57,914 bases of DNA, from contig SUVM01000001.1 of NCBI GenBank assembly GCA_015062015.1, forward strand, positions 1 through 57,914, in the 5' to 3' direction. Positions within the stretch are counted from its first letter, which is position 1, and every line of letters begins with the position of its first letter. The position numbers and the translations under genes were made by a program. This DNA comes from Akkermansiaceae bacterium (GTDB lineage Bacteria > Verrucomicrobiota > Verrucomicrobiia > Verrucomicrobiales > Akkermansiaceae). Shown piece by piece: positions 27,789 through 37,748 of the stretch. The notes beneath the pieces were generated by a model that saw only the letters and a list, made by a program, of their open reading frames with translations, was not told the DNA's origin and did no database searches.

Positions 27789-29543
27789 ATGTCAGAGAGT
27801 TACGAGCGAAGAATGAAAGGCATGCCGGTTTCTCCCGGCATAGCCATGGGCTGTCTTCGGGTGGAGGCTCGCGGTTGCCCGGCACCCGTAACTCGTAACA
27901 TTTTACCCACAGAAACAGAAAGTGAGTGGGCGCGTTTTGAGAGTGCTTTAGCCCGTACGGAAGAAGAGCTTTACGCACTCAAAGAGCGCGTGGAGCATTT
28001 ATCCGGTGCAACGGAGGCCGCTATTTTTGATGCTCACCTCTTGTTTTTGAGAGATCGCCTCATCATGAAACGCTTACGCAAAGAATTTGCGGAGCGTATG
28101 CATAATATAGAGGCGGTGTATTATGCTGTGGTGCAAAACTTTATGGAGGTTATGCGCCATGTGGATGACCCTTATTTGCGCTCTCGCGTGGCAGATGTGG
28201 AGGACGTGTTGCAGCGGGTCCTTAAAAATATGGCTCCGGCGGTAGCTGCTACTCCGCAAAATACCCCATGCGGTTGCGAGCCTTATGTACTTGCCGCATA
28301 TGACTTAGCCCCCAGCGATACGGCCGATTTGGATCCGCGCACGGTTTTGGGCTTTGTAACAGAGGCCGGCTCTGCTGTGTCTCACACTGCTATTTTGGCT
28401 CGTTCTCTCGGTATTCCGGCGGTGGTTGGTGTGCCGCGTTTGGTAATGGATGCTCGCGTGGGGTGCCGTGCCGTTTTGGATGGATACAATGGTGTACTTA
28501 TCCTCAACCCCACGGCAGAGACCGAGGCTCATTACCGTGCCTTACAGGTAGAAAAAGAGAAGTCTTACCGCGCTTTGACGGAATTGCGGGATTTACCTGC
28601 CATTACGACGGACGGACACCGCATCCGTTTGGCAGCTAATGTGGAGTTTGCTCACGAGTACGATGCCATTCAACGCTCCGGGGCAGAAGGGGTAGGCCTG
28701 TACCGTACCGAGTTTTTCTTGCTGGGGGGGGGCTCTATGCCCGATGAAGATACCCAGTACGAGCACTACCGCCGCTTGGTGGAAGAATGTGCCCCGCACG
28801 AGGTCATTTTCCGGACCCTCGATGCCGGTGGCGACAAACTTCCCTTTGAAGTGTTGGAAGAAAAAGAGGACAACCCCTTCCTGGGGTGGCGCGGCATACG
28901 CGTTTCCTTAAGTCGCCCGGAGGTTTTTAAGGAGCAGCTCCGCGCAGTATTGCGCGCCTCTGCCCATGGTAAGGCCGCCGTCATGTTCCCCATGGTATCC
29001 GGTATAACGGAGGTGTTGCAAATTAAGGATTTGTTGGCAGAGTGCCGCACCGAGCTTCGCGAACGTGGGCAGGCTTTTGATGAACATTTGCGCGTGGGGA
29101 TTATGATAGAAGTGCCCAGTGCTGCCATGATGTCTGATGTGCTTGCTCGCCATGTGGATTTCTTCTCTATTGGCACTAATGATTTAACGCAGTACACCAT
29201 TGCCGTGGATCGCGTCAATTTCCGTGTATCCGGCATGTTCCGTCCTACCCACCCCGGGGTTATCCGTATGATGAAGCAAACCATTTCTGCCGGTATTCCT
29301 ACGGCTATTTGCGGCGAAATGGGGGCAGATATTTCGCTGATACCGTTGTTGGTGGGGCTGGGGGCCTCCGAATTATCCGTCGGTACGCATCTATTGCCCC
29401 TTGTGCGCTATGCTATTCGGCATCTCAATTATGATGCATGCCGGGCGATGACGGAGAAAGCCTTGCAGGCAGAGGACAGCTACACCATCCGCGCGCTTTC
29501 CCAAGACCTCGCGCGTGCATCGTACGCAGAGCTCTTTGATTAA
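27789..29543 (+). CDS. ptsI: PTS enzyme I (PEP-protein phosphotransferase)
   Basis: SHTAILARS, GVGLYRTEF, NPFLGWRGIR, FSIGTNDLTQY, ICGEMG. Confidence 0.95.
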   Translation: MSESYERRMKGMPVSPGIAMGCLRVEARGCPAPVTRNILPTETESEWARFESALARTEEELYALKERVEHLSGATEAAIFDAHLLFLRDRLIMKRLRKEFAERMHNIEAVYYAVVQNFMEVMRHVDDPYLRSRVADVEDVLQRVLKNMAPAVAATPQNTPCGCEPYVLAAYDLAPSDTADLDPRTVLGFVTEAGSAVSHTAILARSLGIPAVVGVPRLVMDARVGCRAVLDGYNGVLILNPTAETEAHYRALQVEKEKSYRALTELRDLPAITTDGHRIRLAANVEFAHEYDAIQRSGAEGVGLYRTEFFLLGGGSMPDEDTQYEHYRRLVEECAPHEVIFRTLDAGGDKLPFEVLEEKEDNPFLGWRGIRVSLSRPEVFKEQLRAVLRASAHGKAAVMFPMVSGITEVLQIKDLLAECRTELRERGQAFDEHLRVGIMIEVPSAAMMSDVLARHVDFFSIGTNDLTQYTIAVDRVNFRVSGMFRPTHPGVIRMMKQTISAGIPTAICGEMGADISLIPLLVGLGASELSVGTHLLPLVRYAIRHLNYDACRAMTEKALQAEDSYTIRALSQDLARASYAELFD

Positions 29544-29638
29544 TGGCTGCGCTTGTTGTGAGTGTTAGTTCTGTTTTACGCCATGCGCCGAAACTTAGGC
29601 TTGATATGGGGGGGAATTTTTGCTAGAATGCACAGCAC

Positions 29639-30868
29639 ATGCGAGCTCACGTTACAGCCACCTTGCTAATATTGCCCCTGATAAGCGGTTGTAGTTTAGA
29701 CCAACGCTTGGACAAAGTAGCGGCCGATATTCATCAACGCTTTGCCGATGCCAAATCCTGGGAGCAATTGCCGCTGCGCGTTATCTCTTGGCAACAAGCA
29801 TTGGCGATGATGCACCGTTGCAATGATTCGCTGAAGAGCTTAGATAGCCAAATTGAGGAGGCAGAGCGTGATAGCCTCAGCGTTTATACGGATATGATAC
29901 CCGGCATTTCTTATTACGGGTATTTTACCAAAAGTATCAAGCAGCTTTCTGACCAATTGTCTGCCAATGACATGCAGTCAAACGTCAATATCACTTTCTC
30001 CTTACCCTCGTTAACGCAGGTTCCGTACCGCGTCTATGCGGCAAAAGCCAGAACTTATTCTGCCATTAAAGCAAAGGAGGGTAAAGAGCGCGAGTGTGTG
30101 GCGCAGTTATACAACGCGGTGCACGCGCGTGCTTTGGACCTTCAATTACGCGAGCTCGAAGAAACGAATCCCGACCTCACAGAGCAACAACGTTTGTTGA
30201 ACGGGCGTAACGAATTGACTGCGGATGCCGAGCACTGGAAGAAAATGTGCACGCTGCTAGGTGATTATTCCGCGCGGTGGGTGGTTTTGCCGTCGTCTGT
30301 ACCGCACATCAGCTGGGGGCAGTATATAAAGCGGATGTCGCGTCTGGATGATTTGGTGGTATGCGGTTATGCGCTTAAATTAGAGCAGGCGCGTATGGCT
30401 CAGTATCAGATTGCCTTGCGTTACTTGCCTACCATCAACACGTCCCTGTATAGTCCGTCTCTGTTTTCATCTTCCGGCGGTACCTACCAGGGCTCGTTTT
30501 TGGATGGCGAAGATACGCGCATCAACCTGAGCATCAGTTATTCTTTGGATACTAATTTGCGAGAGTGGAACTCTTACAAACGCAGCAAAGAACAATACGA
30601 AAAAGTGAATCGCGAGGTAACAGCCGAGGTTATTGACCATAAAAATAAACTCGCTACACTCCGCGACAGTATGAGAGAGTATAATAATTGGCGCTCCTAT
30701 ATGCAAAAGCGCATTGAATACCTGCGGCAGCAGCCCGTTAATACGGCAGATGAGCTGATTACCCGAGACCGCACCATTTACGATATGCAGAGAGAATTAC
30801 TTACTCAAGCAAAATCTGCTCTGGAGTCTGAATCTGCCGTCATTTTGGAATACGGTTTATTGAAGTAA
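29639..30868 (+). CDS. TolC-like outer-membrane lipoprotein (divergent)
   Basis: Lipobox ISGC; twice-repeated long helix plus amphipathic beta-hairpin (IPGISYYG, YLPTINTSL, INLSISYSL). Confidence 0.55.
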   Translation: MRAHVTATLLILPLISGCSLDQRLDKVAADIHQRFADAKSWEQLPLRVISWQQALAMMHRCNDSLKSLDSQIEEAERDSLSVYTDMIPGISYYGYFTKSIKQLSDQLSANDMQSNVNITFSLPSLTQVPYRVYAAKARTYSAIKAKEGKERECVAQLYNAVHARALDLQLRELEETNPDLTEQQRLLNGRNELTADAEHWKKMCTLLGDYSARWVVLPSSVPHISWGQYIKRMSRLDDLVVCGYALKLEQARMAQYQIALRYLPTINTSLYSPSLFSSSGGTYQGSFLDGEDTRINLSISYSLDTNLREWNSYKRSKEQYEKVNREVTAEVIDHKNKLATLRDSMREYNNWRSYMQKRIEYLRQQPVNTADELITRDRTIYDMQRELLTQAKSALESESAVILEYGLLK

Positions 30869-30882
30869 TCCCTTTTCGACCA

Positions 30883-33800
30883 TTACCGTTTTGTTTTTTT
30901 GCTCTTTTTCTTCTGCTGTTTGGGGCAGTGGGCATTGGGTTGGCTTTGTGCTGTTACGGGGCTGGAGGCACTCATGCGAGGATCAAGGCGGAACTCCCAC
31001 TTCAGGTCATCTACTTTACCGTAAATAACGATGTCCAGCATGAAGTCAGACAGGAACGTGATGGGAGAAATGAGGATGGTGGGCAGGCTGGAGACCTCCG
31101 GCCACATGTTGCCTTCCAGTGTTAAATCATCCAAGTTGATATCGACTTTGCCGGTGACTTCCAGATTATAACCTGTTGCCGTAAAGCTTCTTGTGGTAAA
31201 ATGCCCTTTGTTCAACACATATTCGACGTTGGCATTTTGAAGGTCGTAGGCAAAGATGTGGTTATAGCCGGGGATGTATTGTGCGGTTTTATCCAGTCCG
31301 GTGCCAATGGCGTTGATGGTGGAGCCGGTGCGTCTGGAGAGGCGGGTGAGCAGGCCGGTTGTTTTTCGTTGCTTGGCGGATTCGTCCAATTCTTGGATGT
31401 TGCCGGTGATGTCGGACACAAAAGCTCCGATGGGGCGGAAGATGCTCAGCGAGAGCAAATCTCCGTTCACGATGCGGATTTGGCCATACCCCTGTATATC
31501 TTGCACCTTTGGTGTAGGCGAGCGGAAACGGAGGGTTGCTGCACAGAGCGCGGGCTCCAGCCGGGCATCGTATGCTGCCCCGATTTTCTTTAAATCTAAA
31601 TTCAAGGCTTTTACAGTACCGTCAAACGAGGTTGATTTGCCGGAAATCCCAATGTTGACGGCGGCATCTAACGTGCCATCCCAGCAGAGCGCATTCAGAC
31701 GATCCAGGAATATGGAATCGTTAGAGAGGTTGATGAACCCGGTCATGCGCGTCAGCGGAATGGTGGTGCCCAAGAAGTCCAACCCGGTGAGTTGCGGAGA
31801 TAGCACCTGAATATGCCCGGTCATATTCTCTTTGCTGTCGCTGTAGATGGGGAAGTTGCAGGACAAGGTGCTGATTTTGGCCGGGTAGGGCATCAGCAAA
31901 ATGCTTAAATGTTCTCTCAAATCCGGGTAAAACATGCCCAGAGAATAGGCCGGGTATACGGTGCCCTCTACATTGGAGAGGCGTACCGCCCCGTTTTCTA
32001 TATCAATTACTACTTTATCACCTTTAAGGGTGGTGTTTTTATGCTTGCTCAGCCCCGGGCCGGTTTTGCTTAAACCCAAAGGGGTGAAATTGCAGGTTTT
32101 TAACCAGGAACGGTTGTCGTATATTAAGGTAACATCGGTAAGAACAACATCTGCCACGTTGGGTAAGGTTTTGCCGTTTTTTACCATATCCTCCTTCCAA
32201 TTGACATGCAGATGCGCCTTGCCGGAGGTTACATCGACAAAAGGTAGTGCTTGGAGTTCTTTATTGAGCACTTCGTTGCCGTCGGCATCTATAACGTAAC
32301 CGTTGAGTTGGTATTGTATATTATTGAGTGTAAGGTCCGTATCTACGTTGACGGAAAGCCCGTTATCATAGCGAACTGCAACGGCTATGTTACGAAAATC
32401 CGTAGTGGCTCCGTCTTTTAAGTTAAAGTCTCGCAAAATGTCGTGAGCATCTTGGTAATCGAGCAAGGCATCCACGATATCGGCTCGGATGTTGTTGTTG
32501 CCCGTTACTTGTAACCCCGTGTCGGTGTTGCCCGTAACATTGGCTTGTAGCTTGCCGGTGCTGTGTTGTATGGCTAAGTCTGCGTTGTAGTTGTAGGCCC
32601 CGTTGGTGGTGCGTTCTGCTTGTACGGAGGCGTGCACCCCGATGGGAATTTTTTTGCCTTGAAAGCATGCAATGTTATGCGGGGTGCGTACTATGTGCGG
32701 AATTTGTACCTGAGCATCCAAGCGGTGCAGGGCTAAGGCTTCTATATCAAACTCTGCATTGCCGTGCAGGGCAACGGAATCCGGCAACTCGACATTTTTG
32801 GTGCGAATCCCGATTTGCTCCAGCACATGCCCTAAGTCGGAGAGTGGCAGTGTGGCGTTGAGCTGATTCAGTTTAACCAACCCCTCGGTAGTGGTATCTG
32901 TATCGGCTTTAATCGTAAGGGAGCGGTAAGAGGATGTGGCTTCGGGCGTGAATGCGACGAAGAGTTTGCCGATATCCTGATGCGGTAAGTGCAGCATGAC
33001 GGAGATATCCCCTTGTTTACCCGCAGCATTACTGATGCCGGAGATGTTGGCTTCGCAAATGGCTCCGCTGATGGCGTGGGGTAAGCGAGTATCCGGTTTA
33101 CCTTTGGCAAGTGCCGATAGGGTGATGCGCCGGGCTTGTGTATCTCCGGCTACAAATGGCTCGATGGACAATTTGCATTGCGCCGTGCCGGTTTGCGCGC
33201 CTTGATCGTTGCAGCTCAAATCAGCAACTGCCGCCATGCTTTGGAGCTTGCCCGTGTTTATATGGGGGGATGCCAGTGCATCTGCCATCAAATTCGCCTG
33301 TGCGTTTTCGCAACTGATTGCGCCGTCTGTTGTAATATGAAGTCCGCTAAAGTTGAGCTTTGCGGAAGATTGCTTTGCGGAATAGTGGTCGGTTCCGTTG
33401 TCGGTGGTGTTGTGGAAGGCAAGGGTGGTATCTGCTGCGCAGAGCTGAATGCAGCCGGATTGGCAGGAGCCGCCTTGCGCTGTGTCCCAGAGCCAGTTGT
33501 TGAGCTCTATATTCAGGCTGAAATCCTGTGCTTCTATGGTGTGTTGAGCATCCGGTTTGCTGTTAAGGCTTTCCCCGGTGAGGTGAATTTGGGCCTCTGT
33601 TGCTTTGTGGGTTATCAGGGGGGTATCCGTAGTGTCTTGTTTGGTGACGAGATGTATAGAGGGCTTGCTGATGTAATGATTGCCGTAGCGGAATTCGTTA
33701 AGCGATATCTGAGCATCTAAGTTACGAATGCTGGGGACAAAATGCTCTTTGTACGAATCTCCCGGTTTAAATTCCGGCATGGTGAGGCGAGCCTTAGCCG

Positions 33801-35130
33801 TAAGGTTGAGGGTATCTCCGATTTGCAAACCTTCCGGCAGAGAGATGGGCTTTTCCGTAAATTCGCTGATAAGTTTCAGCGTGCTGTCTACGGGCAGGGA
33901 TGCCGAGATTTCCGCATCTCCGAAACCGCCACTGGAGGTTGCTCGTACACCCAGCTTGCCATCGGGCAATTCTAAATTGAGATGGTTGATATTAAAGTTG
34001 CCGTTGTTGTAGTAAAAGGACAGGTGAAGAAAATCTACAACGGAATGGCCGATTCGCAATCCTTTTTGCGTGATTTCGCCGTTAATTTTGGCAGAGTTGA
34101 GCGTCATGGATTCGCTGAATTCTGCCTCCGCCTCCAGGGCTATTTGCGGTGGGTTGTCGGGCTCGTGAAAAATCTTTTTGAGTAATTGTTCTGTGTACCC
34201 ATCTGCCAGCTCTGCGCCCATTTCAAACAGGGCGGCATTGCTTACCAGCTTGAATGATAATTGTCTGGAATTGACGTTGTAGCCACCACTCAGTTTGACA
34301 TGCGCTGCGGGGTCGTATGTGTCAAATTGCAGGCTGTGGATTAAGAGACAATCGTTTTCGTACTCCAAATTCAGCAAAGCATTGCGGAAACTGAATTGGG
34401 CAATATCGTACTTGGGGGCTCTTGCTTCCACTCGCAGCACCACTTGCTCTGTCACAACGATGCCGAGGTTGAGCTCGGGGAATTCTCCTTGCTCCCAGTG
34501 TTGTTCTTCTATCTGGTGGTAAACTCTGTCGATGATACTTTGGCAGGTCTTGATGAGGGCAGGTAAGACTAATTTTTCGTGCTCTTCTTCTGCCACGTCG
34601 CCTTCCATGAGCTCGGAGATGTCGAATACTCCGTGTAATTGAATCGGAATTCCCTGCAAATTCAGCGCAGATTCCGTTAAATGAACAATGTTATCTTTGA
34701 TGGAAGCCGAGATGTTGATGTCCGATGCTTCGAGATTTTGCACATCGGATACATCTGATACGGGAAGCGAGATTTTGCCGTTTTTTAATTCTGCATGTTT
34801 CAATTTTACCTTACCTGCGAGCAGAGGTAAAAATTCCACACCGGCACCAAGCTCATCTATTGTAATAACGGGCTTGTCTTCTACGTCCTCGGTATAGATG
34901 CGGACATCGTCTGCCACTAATCCGATGCCGTTGGTGAATTTAAGCCGTATTTTGCCGATGTCTACGGGTATGCCGTTTTTCAAAATAGCGGCTTCCGCTT
35001 TGTCCACTACAAATTGTGGTAAACCGGCCGTTGTAAGCCAAATAACGGTACTGATTAATACCACCAGTACAATAAGACAAAATGCCGGTAAAAGGGTGCC
35101 GACGCGTTTTATTATCAGCCTTTTACCCAT
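30883..35130 (-). CDS. AsmA-like (YhdP/TamB-type) envelope bridge protein
   Basis: 1415 aa, N-terminal TM anchor, beta-rich body, AsmA_2-like C-terminus (G.VDINLDDLTL, IYGKVDDLKW). Confidence 0.7.
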   Translation of the reverse strand: MGKRLIIKRVGTLLPAFCLIVLVVLISTVIWLTTAGLPQFVVDKAEAAILKNGIPVDIGKIRLKFTNGIGLVADDVRIYTEDVEDKPVITIDELGAGVEFLPLLAGKVKLKHAELKNGKISLPVSDVSDVQNLEASDINISASIKDNIVHLTESALNLQGIPIQLHGVFDISELMEGDVAEEEHEKLVLPALIKTCQSIIDRVYHQIEEQHWEQGEFPELNLGIVVTEQVVLRVEARAPKYDIAQFSFRNALLNLEYENDCLLIHSLQFDTYDPAAHVKLSGGYNVNSRQLSFKLVSNAALFEMGAELADGYTEQLLKKIFHEPDNPPQIALEAEAEFSESMTLNSAKINGEITQKGLRIGHSVVDFLHLSFYYNNGNFNINHLNLELPDGKLGVRATSSGGFGDAEISASLPVDSTLKLISEFTEKPISLPEGLQIGDTLNLTAKARLTMPEFKPGDSYKEHFVPSIRNLDAQISLNEFRYGNHYISKPSIHLVTKQDTTDTPLITHKATEAQIHLTGESLNSKPDAQHTIEAQDFSLNIELNNWLWDTAQGGSCQSGCIQLCAADTTLAFHNTTDNGTDHYSAKQSSAKLNFSGLHITTDGAISCENAQANLMADALASPHINTGKLQSMAAVADLSCNDQGAQTGTAQCKLSIEPFVAGDTQARRITLSALAKGKPDTRLPHAISGAICEANISGISNAAGKQGDISVMLHLPHQDIGKLFVAFTPEATSSYRSLTIKADTDTTTEGLVKLNQLNATLPLSDLGHVLEQIGIRTKNVELPDSVALHGNAEFDIEALALHRLDAQVQIPHIVRTPHNIACFQGKKIPIGVHASVQAERTTNGAYNYNADLAIQHSTGKLQANVTGNTDTGLQVTGNNNIRADIVDALLDYQDAHDILRDFNLKDGATTDFRNIAVAVRYDNGLSVNVDTDLTLNNIQYQLNGYVIDADGNEVLNKELQALPFVDVTSGKAHLHVNWKEDMVKNGKTLPNVADVVLTDVTLIYDNRSWLKTCNFTPLGLSKTGPGLSKHKNTTLKGDKVVIDIENGAVRLSNVEGTVYPAYSLGMFYPDLREHLSILLMPYPAKISTLSCNFPIYSDSKENMTGHIQVLSPQLTGLDFLGTTIPLTRMTGFINLSNDSIFLDRLNALCWDGTLDAAVNIGISGKSTSFDGTVKALNLDLKKIGAAYDARLEPALCAATLRFRSPTPKVQDIQGYGQIRIVNGDLLSLSIFRPIGAFVSDITGNIQELDESAKQRKTTGLLTRLSRRTGSTINAIGTGLDKTAQYIPGYNHIFAYDLQNANVEYVLNKGHFTTRSFTATGYNLEVTGKVDINLDDLTLEGNMWPEVSSLPTILISPITFLSDFMLDIVIYGKVDDLKWEFRLDPRMSASSPVTAQSQPNAHCPKQQKKKSKKTKR

Positions 35131-35159
35131 GTTCGTCTTAATGTTAAGATGTTAAAAAA

Positions 35160-35546
35160 TCAGATTTCGGGGTCGAATTCTCCTTCGGGTAAGGGCGGGG
35201 CTTTCGGCAGGTTTTTCTCGATATCATCCAGCAGGTTCACCATATCCACCCCACGTTGGGCAGAGTTATCGTGCTTAAAGGTGAGGCGAGGCGTGTTTCT
35301 CAAAATTACCCGCTTGCTGACGGCTTTTTGAATAAGCCCCCGGTTTTTGGTTAATTTTTCCAGCACTTGAGCCGGGGCCATGCGCCCCACGACGCCCACC
35401 CATACGCGACCTTCTTTCAGGTCTTCGGTGATTTCAACATCGAGAATGGAAACAATGGTGCCGTTCCAATCAAACTCCTTCTGAACGAAGTTGCCGATTT
35501 CGCGGCGCATCAGTTCATTAACTTTGTCGAGACGTCGTGAGGCCAT
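35160..35546 (-). CDS. rbfA: Ribosome-binding factor A
   Basis: RRLDKVNELMRREI, VEITEDLK, LRNTPRLTF..D.S; follows infB. Confidence 0.93.
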   Translation of the reverse strand: MASRRLDKVNELMRREIGNFVQKEFDWNGTIVSILDVEITEDLKEGRVWVGVVGRMAPAQVLEKLTKNRGLIQKAVSKRVILRNTPRLTFKHDNSAQRGVDMVNLLDDIEKNLPKAPPLPEGEFDPEI

Positions 35547-35563
35547 AGTGTTTGTGTTTAAGA

Positions 35564-37702
35564 TTAGAGGGTTTGTTTAATCTTTTCGAGCAGGTAACAT
35601 TCGATGATGTCGCCCTCCTCGTAATCGTTGTAGTCGGCAAGGCGGATACCGCATTCCAGCCCGCTCTTGACTTCTTCCACTTCGTCTTGGAAGCGTCGGA
35701 GCGTCGACATGCGACCATCAAACACAACTTGTCCGTCTCGGAGCACTCGGGCTTCTGCGGTGCGCAGCATCTTGCCGTCCGATACATAAGACCCCGCAGC
35801 TTTGCCTTTGTTCAATTTAAATACCTGCCTGATTTCTGCATGCCCCAGTACGGTTTCGCGGGTTTCCGGCTCAAGCAGCCCCAGCATGGCATCTTTCACT
35901 TGGTCAATTAACTCGTATACAATGGAGTATATCTTAACCTGCACGCCTTCGCGCTTCACGGCTTTCACGGCGTTGCTCTCCACCTTCACATTGAAGCCGA
36001 GCACAATGGCATCGGAGGAGGATGCTAACAGAATATCGCTTTCGGAGATGGGACCGGCAGAGGCACCAATGAATTGGCATTCCACCTTCTCGCTTTCGAT
36101 GTCCATGATAGCCTTTTTGATTGCTTCTACGGAGCCTTGTACGTCTCCCTTGAGGTAGAGCTTCAGTACGGCTTTTTGGTTGCCGTCTCCCATCATGGCA
36201 AGTATGTCTTCCATGCGGGAGCGTTTGGGGGCGGCTAAGCGTTGTTGGCGGAGCTCCTCCTGGCGCTCTTCGGAAAGTTTTCTTGCAGAGCGTTCGTTGT
36301 CCATTTCCACCATCTCGTCACCCACGTTGGGGGTTTGCAAAAAGCCGGAGACTTCTGCAGGCATGCCGGGCGTAGCCTTTTTGATGGCTTTGCCTTTGTC
36401 GTTGAAGAGGGTTTTGACTTTGCCGGCGTAGGGGCCACAGATGAAGGGCATACCCACTTTAAGTGTACCGCTTTGTACGATGACGGTTGCCGAGCTGCCT
36501 TTACCCTGTTCGATTCGGGCCTCGATGATGGAGGCGCGGCAATTGGCGCGGGGGTTGGCTTGCAGGTCCATCACTTCTGCCTGCAGGCAGAGTAGGTCGA
36601 GCAGGTCGTCGATGCCGGCACCCGTGTGGGCAGAGATGTCCACGCACTCGATGTCGCCACCAAAATCCGTGGGCATCAAATCATTTTCCATGAGCTGGGT
36701 GCGTACTCGCACCGGATCTGCCGCGGGGAGGTCGCACTTGTTGACGGCTACGATAATGGTTTTACCTGCAGCCTTGGCGTGCATAATGGCTTCTTTTGTT
36801 TGCGGCATGATGCCGTCGTTGGCTGCCACTACCAGCACTACAATATCCGTTACGTCGGCCCCGCGGGCGCGCATCTCGGTAAAGATGGCGTGGCCGGGCG
36901 TATCAATGAAGGTGAGCTGGGTGCCGTTGTGATCCACAGAGTAGGCACCAATGTGCTGTGTGATGCCGCCGGCTTCTCCGGATACTACTTTGGTGCGGCG
37001 AATGTAGTCCAGCAAAGATGTTTTACCGTGGTCCACATGCCCCATAACGGTGATGATGGGGGTACGGACTTTGAGGGCATCTTTGGGCTCTTTTTCAGGG
37101 GCAATGGCCTCCGGTACCTTTATTTCTTCTGTAGGGGCTTTTACGCCGGCTCCCTTTTCGCGTTTGACGCGTTCGTAGGTGAAGCCGTGCTTCTCGCACA
37201 GTGCTGCCACTTGGTCCGTATCCAAGGAGGTGGCGGGGTTGGCAAATACGCCCATAGGCAGCAGCTCTGCAATGAGCTTAAAGGGTTTAATGCCCATTTT
37301 TGCTGCAAGCTCGGCAACAGATACGGGGGCTTTTACGTTGATGGTACCACCTTCGGCTACTGCTGCTGCGGCCGGTTGCGGAGCCGGGGCGGGTTTGGCC
37401 TCAGGCTGCGGGGCCGGAGCCGCCGGCTTGGGGGCTGCTGCGGGGGCAGGTTTTGGCGTGGTTGTGGCGGGGGCGACTGCTTTTTTCTCTTTCTTTCGTT
37501 GGGGATTAAGCAGGTCTAAAGCCGCTTTTTTAGGCGCGGCTGTTGTTTTTTTAGCAGCTGCGGGTGCCGAGGCTTTTTCCGTTGATTTAGCCGCCGGAGC
37601 AGGGGCTGCCTTCGGAGCCGGCGTTTCCGCAGGCTTTTTTTTCTTTTTGGTACCGCCTAACAGGTCAAGAACCTGCGGCTTCTTCTGTTCTGGATTTGCC
37701 AT
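35564..37702 (-). CDS. infB: Translation initiation factor IF-2
   Basis: MGHVDHGKTSLLD, GGITQHIGAY, DTPGH, NKCD, GLECGI. Confidence 0.97.
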   Translation of the reverse strand: MANPEQKKPQVLDLLGGTKKKKKPAETPAPKAAPAPAAKSTEKASAPAAAKKTTAAPKKAALDLLNPQRKKEKKAVAPATTTPKPAPAAAPKPAAPAPQPEAKPAPAPQPAAAAVAEGGTINVKAPVSVAELAAKMGIKPFKLIAELLPMGVFANPATSLDTDQVAALCEKHGFTYERVKREKGAGVKAPTEEIKVPEAIAPEKEPKDALKVRTPIITVMGHVDHGKTSLLDYIRRTKVVSGEAGGITQHIGAYSVDHNGTQLTFIDTPGHAIFTEMRARGADVTDIVVLVVAANDGIMPQTKEAIMHAKAAGKTIIVAVNKCDLPAADPVRVRTQLMENDLMPTDFGGDIECVDISAHTGAGIDDLLDLLCLQAEVMDLQANPRANCRASIIEARIEQGKGSSATVIVQSGTLKVGMPFICGPYAGKVKTLFNDKGKAIKKATPGMPAEVSGFLQTPNVGDEMVEMDNERSARKLSEERQEELRQQRLAAPKRSRMEDILAMMGDGNQKAVLKLYLKGDVQGSVEAIKKAIMDIESEKVECQFIGASAGPISESDILLASSSDAIVLGFNVKVESNAVKAVKREGVQVKIYSIVYELIDQVKDAMLGLLEPETRETVLGHAEIRQVFKLNKGKAAGSYVSDGKMLRTAEARVLRDGQVVFDGRMSTLRRFQDEVEEVKSGLECGIRLADYNDYEEGDIIECYLLEKIKQTL

Positions 37703-37748
37703 GTGGTTAAGAAAAGGGATTCAAAGTTGCGGGCGTTTGCCCGGTGGG

